Shown here: positions 1-9,107 of the stretch, in pieces
How positions within the stretch are numbered: position 1 is the stretch's first letter
Layout: each line of letters starts with the position of its first letter
From: an uncultured virus (IMG/VR IMGVR_UViG_3300042387_001477)
Lineage: Duplodnaviria; Heunggongvirae; Uroviricota; Caudoviricetes
IMG/VR virus record: IMGVR_UViG_3300042387_001477
Reading direction: 5' to 3' (one strand)
Length of the DNA: 64,000 bases
Notes under the pieces: model-generated
Told to the model about the DNA's origin: nothing
The model's database searches: none
The model's input: only the letters and a program-made list of their open reading frames with translations
Position numbers and translations under genes: made by a program

Positions 1-56
1 ATGGTTTTTTGTCAACTCCTTGTGCATGTTGCTGAGATTGGTCCAGTCTTCATCGT

Positions 57-689
57 TCATAGTTCCAGGTCTACGTAGTCTAACTCACCCAGACCAATGT
101 ATTCAACACCATTGTGTATAGTATGATGGTTGACATGCCAATGGCCATGAATAAACAAGTCTGGTTTGTGTATGTCTATTATATTATCAAAAAACTGACG
201 AGTTACTGATACATCGTTAAGTTTTGTCATATTATGTTTCGCACAGACTATGTATGTTAGGCTTTCTGGCATTTCATGTGCAACAATGACAGATGGCTTG
301 AGCTTTTCATACTCATCATACACATTTAATAATTTTGAATATGATAATTCTTCATCAGGCCACCAGTTGTATCCTTCTGTTCGGTATGCTTGGTCAATAG
401 ACTTTGCACCACCAACACAAAAGATCTTATCATGAATCAGTGTGCCATCTGGTATCCAGAATGGATGCTTTTTGCATACATTTGGATTATCATGGTTGCC
501 ACGAATGAATCGGTGATCACCTTTCTTCATGGAATCATATGGAGGATTGGAATGTACTTGCTCAGTAATTTTACTGATAAAGCCTACACCGAAATCACCA
601 ACTTGAATAGAAACATCGCATTCATTGATGATCTTCTTGTATCGTTTCCATTTACCATGAACATCACCAATGAAGCGAATAGTTTTCAT
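57..689 (-). CDS. Calcineurin-like metallophosphoesterase
   Basis: Motifs GDVHG, GDFG, RGNHD, AHE, GHWH in the canonical order. Confidence 0.9.
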   Translation of the reverse strand: MKTIRFIGDVHGKWKRYKKIINECDVSIQVGDFGVGFISKITEQVHSNPPYDSMKKGDHRFIRGNHDNPNVCKKHPFWIPDGTLIHDKIFCVGGAKSIDQAYRTEGYNWWPDEELSYSKLLNVYDEYEKLKPSVIVAHEMPESLTYIVCAKHNMTKLNDVSVTRQFFDNIIDIHKPDLFIHGHWHVNHHTIHNGVEYIGLGELDYVDLEL

Positions 690-1015
690 TTCTTAAGCCA
701 TTTGTAGATACAATAGATAGCAAACAGAATGACAGCAACAAGAATTACATATCGAAATACATAAACTGCCATCATTGCACCGAAGAGCAAGATCCAGAAC
801 AGTCCACCATCAGATGAGCCAGAAGAATAACTGGATCCAGAACTGGATGATGAAGAAGGTGAACTTATAGGATTGCAGGTAATAACCTCCTTTGCACCAT
901 AGGTTGATTTAACTTGTGCAATAGCATCTTGTCGTACAATACCAGGGGTTTCAATCTCAACATTCTGTAGAACATTGGATTGGGTTCGGATTGTTGCTCT
1001 CCAGCGTTGTGTCAT
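686..1015 (-). CDS. Hypothetical membrane protein
   Basis: Ser/Gly linker followed by C-terminal hydrophobic helices; 4-nt overlap with the downstream gene. Confidence 0.7.
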   Translation of the reverse strand: MTQRWRATIRTQSNVLQNVEIETPGIVRQDAIAQVKSTYGAKEVITCNPISSPSSSSSSGSSYSSGSSDGGLFWILLFGAMMAVYVFRYVILVAVILFAIYCIYKWLKK

Positions 1016-1016
1016 G

Positions 1017-1193
1017 TCAGCGACTCATGCGATAGATGATACAACGCTTGAACTCTTGCCATTCAGTATCACTAAAATTGTCGCTAGCATAAGGAATGCC
1101 AACATCAGAGGCACATTGCCTTGCAACACTTTCAGGAACAGGAGTCGATAGGAAATCATACTGAACGATTGTAGCCAAGAGAAAGGGAAGCAT
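1017..1193 (-). CDS. Small hypothetical protein (58 aa, not in the ORF track)
   Basis: Hand-translated MLPFLLATIVQYDFLSTPVPESVARQCASDVGIPYASDNFSDTEWQEFKRCIIYRMSR*; TGATG coupling to the upstream ORF; fills the gap. Confidence 0.7.
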   Translation of the reverse strand: MLPFLLATIVQYDFLSTPVPESVARQCASDVGIPYASDNFSDTEWQEFKRCIIYRMSR

Positions 1194-1426
1194 CAGTTTT
1201 CCTCAGAATAAGGATTGAAGCGATCACTCCAGAGACTTGCGAATGTCTGTCGGAGTGTATCCAGCGTATCATACCGTTGAACGATGGCATTGTCAAGCGG
1301 AAGCTCGTGCATACCATCATCATAGGGAGCTACAAGCTGAAATGAATCGAGAGCATTCAAGATAATGTCCATCATCATCTCATGCTGAGATTCAGTGAGT
1401 GTAACCGTGATGTCACCAGTTTCCAT
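1193..1426 (-). CDS. Hypothetical protein
   Basis: Tight operon packing. Confidence 0.65.
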   Translation of the reverse strand: METGDITVTLTESQHEMMMDIILNALDSFQLVAPYDDGMHELPLDNAIVQRYDTLDTLRQTFASLWSDRFNPYSEEN

Positions 1427-1432
1427 GATAAA

Positions 1433-1669
1433 TCAGTTTTTGTTTACAGTAACGAGGCCAGAGAATACAAGTCGAATACCAAGAATGATACCCCAGACTT
1501 GCCAAAAAGTGAGAACAGTGTAGCTAAAGAGATTCACTAGAATCCAGTGAACAATCCATGCTACAGGAATCATGAGTAAAGCACTCAGAATGAATGCAAA
1601 TACTACAATGATTGCAAGTCCTGTGAGAGCACCTAGAGCTTCCGCCCAGGTATATTCTTTGTTGTTCAT
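1433..1669 (-). CDS. Hypothetical membrane protein
   Basis: Almost wholly hydrophobic; first gene after the promoter at 1720-1748. Confidence 0.7.
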   Translation of the reverse strand: MNNKEYTWAEALGALTGLAIIVVFAFILSALLMIPVAWIVHWILVNLFSYTVLTFWQVWGIILGIRLVFSGLVTVNKN

Positions 1670-1719
1670 GCGTTTGCGTCGAGGTGAGTAGGTCAGAAGT
1701 CCTCCGTGTCAACAAAGAC

Positions 1720-1748
1720 ACAATAGGGCAGATTGGCAGGGCTGTCAA
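1720..1748 (-). promoter_or_regulatory. sigma70-type early promoter
   Basis: TTGACA-N17-TATTGT, with a palindromic element at 1756-1777 just upstream. Confidence 0.75.
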
Positions 1749-1775
1749 GTGGTCTGTGACAGCCCGTGAACTGGC

Positions 1776-3017
1776 TCAGTCCACATAGTATTCTGGAGGG
1801 ATTCCCTGCCTGAATACAAAGTCTACAACAGATTGCAGACGTTGTTGAGTATTCTTACCATAGTTCTTGTGAACTGGTACAGTCACAAAACCATGAGATT
1901 TACGATAAGACATGTAATCACCAGGAGTGAGCACACCATCAGCCATATCTTGTGCATCTTCTCTATCAACACGAATAACTCGTCCAATAGTTTGACACAT
2001 TTCAATGACGTTGAGATTTCGCAAGAGCACAGAGTGCGTAAGCCCTGGGCAGTTGATCCCTTCACTCAAAATCGAATAGTGAAACAATACAAACTTCTTT
2101 TGCTTGTCTTGACCCCATTTAGTCATGGTATCAAAGAATACTTCACGATTCACCTTCTGGTCATTGACATATGCACCTTCCTTAGATGTAATATGTAGGA
2201 TCTCATAGCCACGTTGTTTGAATTGATTCATGACATCAGTTCGGAACAGCATCTGACATAAAACCTTGGTACTAGGTGCAGCAACTAGCACTTTTTGAGC
2301 TTTATTTGCATCTAGGCCATCAAGGATAGCTAATAGAGTTTTAGCATCATGTTTTGCTGCATTATCTTTATCACGCTCACCATCAACCTCATACACTTGC
2401 ACCATGGGAGGAATGATGCTACCGTTCTCAATCAGTTCAGGTGCAGGTACATTCTCAATAATTTGACCAAACACAATAGAGTTATTCATGCCACGACCTT
2501 TTGGATTCTGTGACAGTTTAGGTGTAGCAGTAAAATAGTATGCAGACTCTGCATGTTGAGACATCATTGCAGTAGAAACAAAGAAGTCTCGCTTACAGGC
2601 ATTGTGAGCCTCATCGAAGTAGACTGTATCAATGTGTATTCCACTGTCAATAACACGGTGAAGAGAATGATAAGTAGTAAAAAGTAATTGGTGTTCATTG
2701 TTAGATTTAACCATGTTGTGGAACATGGTAATATGATCAGGATTAGTTGTAGAGAAATGTTTGGTTTCGCCAGAGTGAACATGGGCGACAACAGCATTCT
2801 TGATTTCTTGTGTAAACTCTGCACACAATTGATTCGCAAGCAGGATGCGAGGAGCAACAATCAGTGCAGTAAATGGTTTGTCTGATTCTTCTAATCTACG
2901 CATGAGATCACGAATCATAATCAGAGTTTTGCCACCACCAGTCGGAACATAAATTTGGCCAAGGCGAACCAGTTCCATCTTGGTGAGGCTTCGGGCTTGG
3001 TGGGGACGGAGCTTCAT
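1776..3017 (-). CDS. SF2 (DEAD/DEAH, ResIII-like) helicase
   Basis: RPHQ, PTGGGKT, DEAH, TATP, SEGIN, QTIGRVIR; start moved to MKLRPHQ because a promoter lies at 3039-3067. Confidence 0.88.
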   Translation of the reverse strand: MKLRPHQARSLTKMELVRLGQIYVPTGGGKTLIMIRDLMRRLEESDKPFTALIVAPRILLANQLCAEFTQEIKNAVVAHVHSGETKHFSTTNPDHITMFHNMVKSNNEHQLLFTTYHSLHRVIDSGIHIDTVYFDEAHNACKRDFFVSTAMMSQHAESAYYFTATPKLSQNPKGRGMNNSIVFGQIIENVPAPELIENGSIIPPMVQVYEVDGERDKDNAAKHDAKTLLAILDGLDANKAQKVLVAAPSTKVLCQMLFRTDVMNQFKQRGYEILHITSKEGAYVNDQKVNREVFFDTMTKWGQDKQKKFVLFHYSILSEGINCPGLTHSVLLRNLNVIEMCQTIGRVIRVDREDAQDMADGVLTPGDYMSYRKSHGFVTVPVHKNYGKNTQQRLQSVVDFVFRQGIPPEYYVD

Positions 3018-3038
3018 GGGTGATGAACGAATGGATCT

Positions 3039-3067
3039 ATCGTACCATGGAGCCACAACCATGTCAA
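3039..3067 (-). promoter_or_regulatory. sigma70-type promoter for the helicase
   Basis: TTGACA-N17-TACGAT. Confidence 0.75.
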
Positions 3068-3075
3068 GCAGACAC

Positions 3076-3099
3076 AAAAAAGAGGGCATATAGCCCTCT
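3076..3099 (-). terminator. Intrinsic terminator after the methyltransferase
   Basis: AGAGGGC-TATAT-GCCCTCT followed by a T run on the minus strand. Confidence 0.8.
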
Positions 3100-3104
3100 G
3101 ATTA

Positions 3105-4043
3105 TTATTGCATAGCAAATACAACTCGTTTTGCTATGGCTTCAATAACAGGAACACTCACTGAGTTACCAGCTTGCATATACAATGATGAATCAGATGC
3201 TTTTGGTAGTTGATACCAATCAGGGAATCCTTGAAGTCGTACACATTCAAGAGGAGTTAGTTTACGAATACCATCTGAGACTTTAATAATAGGAACATTA
3301 TGTCCACCTGATCCCATATTAGCAGTTAGTGTAGGACATACACCTCGTTTGTTTTGACGTACATACTTACGCCTCCACTGATATACTTCATTCTCATCTA
3401 TGACATCATCTTTGATTCTGTCATAGAGTGGCTTACCATTATAATAATATTTACGATCTACAACTGGTTCAAGATACTCACGTACAGTTTTGGTAAGTGC
3501 AACTCGATCTGGGAAACTAAACTTAAAGTTGTGAACTGGATCTTTGAACCCTACAATATAGATACGTTCACGATTCTGCGGAACATTACCATATTCCATA
3601 GTATTCAGAACTTTATACTTGAAACTATAGCCAAGGCTATTAATAATTGCACTGATGGTTTTCATAGTATTACCACCATCATGACCAACTAGATTCTTTA
3701 CATTCTCAAGAAGAAATCCATCGGGAGATTTCTGTTTAATAATGTTGGCAATGCAAAAGAATAGATTGCCACGATCCTTTTGATCATCAAATCCCTGACG
3801 GTTGCCAGCAATAGAGAATGGCTGGCAAGGAAAACCACCTAATAGGAAGTTAAAGTCAGGGAGTGTTGCAGGATTGATCTCACGAATATCCTGAATGTGA
3901 AGTTTAGACTCTTGGAAGTTTAGATCATAAGTTGCTTTGCACTTGGGTTCAAAGTCATTTGAGAATACTGTTTGGAATCCAGCATTCTCAAATCCAATAC
4001 GCATCCCACCAATTCCAGCAAAGAGATCAATAGTTTTTAGCAT
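3105..4043 (-). CDS. DNA cytosine-5 methyltransferase, M.Bsp6I-like (probable GCNGC)
   Basis: FAGIGG, GFPCQPFS, ENVKNL, QNRERIY, GNSV; TRD YQWRRKYVRQNKRGVCPTLTANMGSGGHNVP closely resembles M.Bsp6I as I recall it. Confidence 0.93.
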   Translation of the reverse strand: MLKTIDLFAGIGGMRIGFENAGFQTVFSNDFEPKCKATYDLNFQESKLHIQDIREINPATLPDFNFLLGGFPCQPFSIAGNRQGFDDQKDRGNLFFCIANIIKQKSPDGFLLENVKNLVGHDGGNTMKTISAIINSLGYSFKYKVLNTMEYGNVPQNRERIYIVGFKDPVHNFKFSFPDRVALTKTVREYLEPVVDRKYYYNGKPLYDRIKDDVIDENEVYQWRRKYVRQNKRGVCPTLTANMGSGGHNVPIIKVSDGIRKLTPLECVRLQGFPDWYQLPKASDSSLYMQAGNSVSVPVIEAIAKRVVFAMQ

Positions 4044-4067
4044 AGCCTTCGTATAAGTTCTGATATG

Positions 4068-4670
4068 TTACCACAGTTTGATTCCCTTGTAAAGGGGCTG
4101 GAGATCGTTGGGTTCGATTACGTATTTCTTTACAGAGAACCTAGGACGCTTTCCCTCTTTCTTGCGTTCTTCAAATGTGACTTGTTCTTTTTGTTTGACG
4201 ATTACATTTGATACAAGATCATATGGAATCTCATAAACATCTACAGTACCATCAATGTTGCCACCATTGTAGAAATCCATAAAGATAATTTTATCTTGCT
4301 TGGACTTGGGTCCAAATGATGTACAATCATACTTCATTTGTGTAGCTTTGATCTGTACTGCCTTGCCGTCAATAATATCAAATGCATCAAACGAACGATC
4401 TTTTAGCTTTTCATTTGATGATTTGTGATACCTACCAGCTGTAGTCAAAATACAATATGTTACTTCAGAGATTGCTTCTGGAATGTTTGTAGCTCTCTCA
4501 TCATGAAACAGTCCCTGGTCTCCAGCTGCTTCTTCACGAAGGCATTCATGCAATAGTTTCCAGGCTTCAAAAGTATTCTTGAGCCATGGAGTATCATCCT
4601 CAGTGTAAAACCTTAGTGTGAATACACTTGGAACACCATAAACTTCAGACTGGATTTGCTTTTCAATCAT
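4068..4670 (-). CDS. Type II restriction endonuclease, Bsp6I family
   Basis: NIPEAISE, D..D....QIKAT, TSFGPK and GKRPRFS motifs match the R.Bsp6I family; adjacent to a matching MTase. Confidence 0.8.
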   Translation of the reverse strand: MIEKQIQSEVYGVPSVFTLRFYTEDDTPWLKNTFEAWKLLHECLREEAAGDQGLFHDERATNIPEAISEVTYCILTTAGRYHKSSNEKLKDRSFDAFDIIDGKAVQIKATQMKYDCTSFGPKSKQDKIIFMDFYNGGNIDGTVDVYEIPYDLVSNVIVKQKEQVTFEERKKEGKRPRFSVKKYVIEPNDLQPLYKGIKLW

Positions 4671-5074
4671 TTGTTCATTTGGAGTGTAGGAACAGGCATC
4701 CCACCTTCAGTGGGCACATAGATGGTTACATTACCATTTTTGGCACCATCTTCAATACCAGTAATGTACAGATACTGAAGATACTCACGATTATCTTTCA
4801 GCGAATCACCAATGATTTGGTTTGCCTTGGCAACACCTTGAGCACGGATGATTTCAGCATCAGCAAGTTGCGAAGCAGAATCTTTCTTTGCTTGTGCTTC
4901 CAGAACTGCTACCTGACGAGTAAACTCTGCCTTTTGCAGTTCCGCTTTACCAGCAAGTGATTGCTGCCACACATTATACTGTGGACCACCAATGAAGATG
5001 AGACCAAGAACAGCAATGGCACCAACAGCACCAATAGCAATAACAGGGTCAATAAATCCGTTTTGTTTAGTCAT
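4667..5074 (-). CDS. Membrane-anchored coiled-coil protein (SPFH/band-7-like C-terminus)
   Basis: N-terminal TM helix, AE/AQ-rich coil, C-terminal IYVPTEGGMPVP. Confidence 0.7.
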   Translation of the reverse strand: MTKQNGFIDPVIAIGAVGAIAVLGLIFIGGPQYNVWQQSLAGKAELQKAEFTRQVAVLEAQAKKDSASQLADAEIIRAQGVAKANQIIGDSLKDNREYLQYLYITGIEDGAKNGNVTIYVPTEGGMPVPTLQMNK

Positions 5075-5096
5075 AGTAATTTACCTCAAATAAAGT

Positions 5097-5519
5097 TCAG
5101 GGAGTAATCCAATCATAACTATTAGGAGTTTCTACACTCTCAAATCCATCATATTCATCAATATGATAAGGACCACTGATTTCAACAATAGCAAGTTTAG
5201 CACACTCACCATTTGCTTTGTCACCCAGTTCTTCTACAACTTGAACCAGAATAGGGTCATGACGATCAACATCACGGTGATACCAATTTTGTGCTGAATA
5301 TGCTTTGTTGTAAGCCATACGCTCATCAAAACTCATAGCCTGAAACTCTTCTGTGTTTTTTGCTTTGATTCGCTCTTCAGGTGGAACCAGCCAAACATTA
5401 TATCCCCATCGTTCATCCTCAATCCAAACTTGTTGTTCTTTGAGTTCCCAGTATCGTTGGACTGCTTCTTTAGACAGACCAAACCCACCGTAGCAGGCAT
5501 TATAAACAACTTTAGTCAT
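5097..5519 (-). CDS. Conserved phage hypothetical protein
   Basis: N-x-CYGGFGLS ... RHDP.LVQVVEELG ... EYDGFESV pattern. Confidence 0.75.
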   Translation of the reverse strand: MTKVVYNACYGGFGLSKEAVQRYWELKEQQVWIEDERWGYNVWLVPPEERIKAKNTEEFQAMSFDERMAYNKAYSAQNWYHRDVDRHDPILVQVVEELGDKANGECAKLAIVEISGPYHIDEYDGFESVETPNSYDWITP

Positions 5520-5521
5520 AA

Positions 5522-6007
5522 TCAGAGTTTAAAGGGAGAAACAATAATACGAGGTTCAACATACACAGGACGGGTCTTACCACTACCACTGGGATCAGAA
5601 CACATCACCCAAGTTCCTTCTGCACTATCAGGAGAAAAAAGACCATTAGGGTCTGCTTGTGGTAGAGTTGTTCCAGTGTACTCATACTTTTCAGGATTAG
5701 TATATTGAGTAGCAGCAGGCAAACCATAACCAATAGAATTACACAGGAACACTGGACGACCAGTAGTTTCAGGAACAGTGTAAGTATAAGTCACTAAACC
5801 ATCTTGGTCACGCATCTCAATGATTTGTTTCATCAGTTTGCGTTCACGGAAGTTCTTGATGGCAGGCATACCAGTTTGAGCAGTACCTTCTTGAAGAATA
5901 CGTTCTTGCTGATCACGTTGTTTTTGGTCAGAATTACTGAAATCATCACAACCAACAAGAGTTACACCCAGAAGTGTGATGACAGCAACAGAAGCAATGG
6001 ATTTCAT
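5522..6007 (-). CDS. Putative lipoprotein
   Basis: Signal peptide with lipobox LVGC. Confidence 0.75.
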   Translation of the reverse strand: MKSIASVAVITLLGVTLVGCDDFSNSDQKQRDQQERILQEGTAQTGMPAIKNFRERKLMKQIIEMRDQDGLVTYTYTVPETTGRPVFLCNSIGYGLPAATQYTNPEKYEYTGTTLPQADPNGLFSPDSAEGTWVMCSDPSGSGKTRPVYVEPRIIVSPFKL

Positions 6008-6009
6008 TA

Positions 6010-6327
6010 TCAGTTAGGAAGATTAGAGATGAAGGATTGGAGGTCAGAAGGCATAGCATCAGCAGGAACTTCAGCAGCACGATGCCGAATTACATCTGCC
6101 AGTGCTGCTTTATGTTCAGGTGTTGCTTTGATATACTCAAATTGCATATTCTGCAGTTCTTGGACAGCACCAGTTCGGAAGGACTTTGATTGTTCAAAGG
6201 TGTTCCTGCGAACATTCTCGTACTTTGGTGCAAAAAATGCGGTGAACAGAAGGTCGTGGTAGGCAATCCCCCAAATAGAAGCAACCAGACCCACAAAACT
6301 ACCAAAAACAAGAATACTAGTTTTCAT
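6010..6327 (-). CDS. Hypothetical membrane protein
   Basis: N-terminal TM segment; tight packing. Confidence 0.7.
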   Translation of the reverse strand: MKTSILVFGSFVGLVASIWGIAYHDLLFTAFFAPKYENVRRNTFEQSKSFRTGAVQELQNMQFEYIKATPEHKAALADVIRHRAAEVPADAMPSDLQSFISNLPN

Positions 6328-6505
6328 AAATCATTCCTTCCATTTGTGCAGAGAGTTCAAGAAGTTCATTCTTGAGTTTTAGATTTTCTTCTTCAAGAAT
6401 CCCAATCCTACGTTTCAGATCAAGATTTTCGGAATACAGACACATTGCATCAAGTTCTGCATCTGTATATTTGTTTGCTGTGCCTGAAATTGAAAAATCA
6501 TTCAT
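6317..6505 (-). CDS. Small coiled-coil hypothetical protein
   Basis: Heptad C-terminus; start uncertain because the track start at 6592 abuts a -10 box. Confidence 0.55.
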   Translation of the reverse strand: MNDFSISGTANKYTDAELDAMCLYSENLDLKRRIGILEEENLKLKNELLELSAQMEGMIYEN

Positions 6506-6594
6506 TTGAGACCAATCTCCTTGAGATAATCGTGGTAACGCATGAAGCGGGTGAGTGATGGATGTCCTGGTGGATTTAGGCTCCAACAGCATTC

Positions 6595-6651
6595 AGTATA
6601 GGATAAAAACTCATACCAGGGAGTGGTTGGGTCCAGTACGTGAACTGGCAC
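6595..6651 (-). promoter_or_regulatory. Early promoter (-10 TATACT) with upstream palindromic element
   Basis: TATACT at 6595-6600; GTGCCAGTTCACGTACTGGACC at 6630-6651; weak -35. Confidence 0.55.
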
Positions 6652-6655
6652 ATCA

Positions 6656-6892
6656 TTAGAGTTTTCCACCTACCACCCCTTCGTAAAGTTTACTTTCGGG
6701 AAAACCTTCTTGTCTTCCTTTAAGGATGAATCTTGTTGCATTGATGCAAGATTCCCGTGTGAGAGAAGTAATAAGCGGGTCCCCATTCTTATGAAAACTC
6801 TTCCAAGTTTTCCAACGAGATTGTTCAACACGGAATGTATCATCAATCCAATCTACCTCTGCAATTTCAGGATGCTCGTTTGGGTTTGTCAT
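6656..6892 (-). CDS. Hypothetical protein
   Basis: Packing; C-terminal YEGVVGGKL resembles small cyanophage ORFs. Confidence 0.65.
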   Translation of the reverse strand: MTNPNEHPEIAEVDWIDDTFRVEQSRWKTWKSFHKNGDPLITSLTRESCINATRFILKGRQEGFPESKLYEGVVGGKL

Positions 6893-7209
6893 TCAAATTC
6901 TCCAGTACGGTTTTTGACTGTGCCTGAGCGATATACTCCCTCAATTCGGGAGTCTCCATCCATTCCCAGATAGTCCCGTCCTTCTGAGTAAAGTTTTTCT
7001 GCATAGTTTGAATTTTCATAGATTTCAACTTCAACTTTAATTTCTCTATCATTCCAGTGTCGAATAACACCAGCAACAATAAAGCAGTTTGTAATGAGAT
7101 ACGTAGTAAAGATAACTGTCCTTACAATAGCAACCTTATCAGCTACTTGATCTTTTTTGTGTGCTTTTTCTCCTAGTGCGAGTGCCCACAGGTGCCACAG
7201 GTGTTTCAT
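6889..7209 (-). CDS. Small membrane protein
   Basis: W..ALG.K...D..AD.VAIVRT...NCFIVAGVIRHW pattern typical of cyanophage ORFs. Confidence 0.65.
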   Translation of the reverse strand: MKHLWHLWALALGEKAHKKDQVADKVAIVRTVIFTTYLITNCFIVAGVIRHWNDREIKVEVEIYENSNYAEKLYSEGRDYLGMDGDSRIEGVYRSGTVKNRTGEFE

Positions 7210-7420
7210 CTGGTGTAAAGAATGTGTCTAGTGTTGAGAACAGTTCAGGTTTCTTTTCTTTTGGTTTTCGTTTGACTGTTTGAATACTTGCATTGGTTGG
7301 TTTGTATCTCTCAATATGTTTCTGAAGATGCTCTTCACACATAAACCAACAAACTCGTTCATCCTTTCCATCAGTGTATTCTAGCCTGTATGGAAATCCT
7401 TCGTATGGAAAATCACTCAT
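7139..7420 (-). CDS. Hypothetical protein
   Basis: FPYRLE...CWF.CEEHL.KHI.RY pattern; 4-nt overlap with the upstream gene. Confidence 0.65.
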   Translation of the reverse strand: MSDFPYEGFPYRLEYTDGKDERVCWFMCEEHLQKHIERYKPTNASIQTVKRKPKEKKPELFSTLDTFFTPDETPVAPVGTRTRRKSTQKRSSS

Positions 7421-7782
7421 CTAAGTATTTCAATGTGGGTAATCTTACCTAGTTTAAAACATATACTACATCTTGGCCAGCATTCCCATTTTGCATTTGG
7501 GTTTTGTTCTGGATATACTTCAATGCAATCAGTTACATATTGTGGACGAATCACACCATGATTGCCATTTGGAATCCATTGAAATCTTGCCCAAGGTGGA
7601 AGTGATTCATCATCGACTTCTACAAAGTCTGCAGCCATGCAATCATCAATCTCATACAACTCACCAGAAGGACTGATCCAATAATCAGTCATAATACACT
7701 TGAGTCCTTTGGTTTGTAATGTATGATTATTGAAATGTTCGTTGATTGGATATGAACAACGAACTCGATCAAACATTCCCAT
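7417..7782 (-). CDS. Conserved phage hypothetical protein
   Basis: MGMFD...C...QTK.L...Y.I...G.L pattern; translationally coupled to the phosphatase. Confidence 0.7.
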   Translation of the reverse strand: MGMFDRVRCSYPINEHFNNHTLQTKGLKCIMTDYWISPSGELYEIDDCMAADFVEVDDESLPPWARFQWIPNGNHGVIRPQYVTDCIEVYPEQNPNAKWECWPRCSICFKLGKITHIEILR

Positions 7783-8276
7783 TAGAAATCACCTTTACCT
7801 TGGGAGACATCAAAGGTAAATATACCACGATCCTGCCACATTGTCAAGACCCTTTTGCGATCATCAAACACTGCAAAGATTTGATATTGCTCTTCGATCT
7901 GATCAGCAATCTCTGCCTTCACAATAGCATCATCACGATGGTCTTGATACTTTCTCATGTATAAGCCATTATGATCATATGGTGTGATACCATGTTTCTC
8001 AAGCCATTTTACAGTCACATCACGATAATCATCAGAGCGACCACTTACAAAGAAAATAGGATATAGGTACTTCAATGCACAAAACATTTCAAGTACCTGC
8101 TCTACAGGTTTATCATTACTGATTCCACGATTCCATGCATCCCAGTTACGAGGCTTGGTTGCAACAAATTGTCTGCGATGAGTCACATCACAGAGAGTAC
8201 CATCGAGGTCAAAAATGATGCACTTAAGTTTAGGAGTATTCGTAGAGGAATCCATGGTTTGTGGTATAGTGAACAT
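7782..8276 (-). CDS. HAD-family polynucleotide 3'-phosphatase (PseT C-terminal-like)
   Basis: DLDGTL, SGR, LYMRK..D.R.D..VK, FDDR motifs; true start may be 8255. Confidence 0.87.
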   Translation of the reverse strand: MFTIPQTMDSSTNTPKLKCIIFDLDGTLCDVTHRRQFVATKPRNWDAWNRGISNDKPVEQVLEMFCALKYLYPIFFVSGRSDDYRDVTVKWLEKHGITPYDHNGLYMRKYQDHRDDAIVKAEIADQIEEQYQIFAVFDDRKRVLTMWQDRGIFTFDVSQGKGDF

Positions 8277-8607
8277 GAGTGATGCCAGCTTCTTTGAGTG
8301 CTAGCTGGCAAATGGGGCATGGTCGAGCCATTCGTAGTTTACCCTGTGGATTGATCCTTGCAACAATAATAGTATCTACATCTTCACGACACTTAACTAG
8401 GGCTGCGATCTCTGCATGGAGATAGATCTTTTCTTTCAATCCAACTCGTTCTGCAAACTTAGCTTGAATTGGATGAGACTTAGTTTCTAAATTAGTAGCT
8501 GAGACAATTACTTTGTTTTTATTGAGTAGCAAAGCGCCAACTTGTTTCTTTGATGGAGAAGATTTTGCAGTTGCGATTGCGTGTTCAAATACCGAGTCAG
8601 AGATCAT
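8230..8607 (-). CDS. Zn-dependent cytidine/dCMP deaminase-family protein
   Basis: HAE ... PCPIC motif. Confidence 0.85.
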   Translation of the reverse strand: MISDSVFEHAIATAKSSPSKKQVGALLLNKNKVIVSATNLETKSHPIQAKFAERVGLKEKIYLHAEIAALVKCREDVDTIIVARINPQGKLRMARPCPICQLALKEAGITHVHYTTNHGFLYEYS

Positions 8608-9107
8608 CAGGCTACCTGCAATTTCAGATGCGACCCATCATGAGTCATAATAACATCAAAACCTTCGTCTTCAGTTGGCATTTCAAATTGGTGATACATG
8701 CGAGTAATAACAGAGCGTGGAATGAATTTGTTTGCTCTTTGCGAATTGCGAATGATAGCTTCTTCAAGAGTGATAGGAAGAACCACTGCAGTTTTGGTAT
8801 AAGTATCTGGAATCTTCTTTAGTTTCTGTCTACGAGACTTTCTAGAAACATTAGTCTGATCCCAGATGATAGACTTGCCTCGTTGAATTGCAAGTTCTAG
8901 CTCTTCATACATCTTAGCAGTAGCCTCAGAGATAACATCGTCAAAGACTTCATTGTAAGTTGAATTGTTTTCTCTTGCAATTTTTTCAATGTAATCATCA
9001 GTGGAAATGATTACATATTCATCAAACACATCAGTGTTGTCAATTCCTCTGCGAATGTAGGATGATTTACCTGCACAAGGAATACCACACATCATAATCA
9101 GTTCCAT
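8607..9107 (-). CDS. P-loop polynucleotide kinase (PseT N-terminal-like)
   Basis: GIPCAGKS Walker A, STDD, WDQTN, R..R lid. Confidence 0.85.
   Translation of the reverse strand: MELIMMCGIPCAGKSSYIRRGIDNTDVFDEYVIISTDDYIEKIARENNSTYNEVFDDVISEATAKMYEELELAIQRGKSIIWDQTNVSRKSRRQKLKKIPDTYTKTAVVLPITLEEAIIRNSQRANKFIPRSVITRMYHQFEMPTEDEGFDVIMTHDGSHLKLQVA

Noticed and set aside
1776..4670. Helicase as part of a type I/III R-M system with the MTase
   Set aside because: A terminator and a separate promoter lie between them, and the MTase is C5-type with its own type II REase partner
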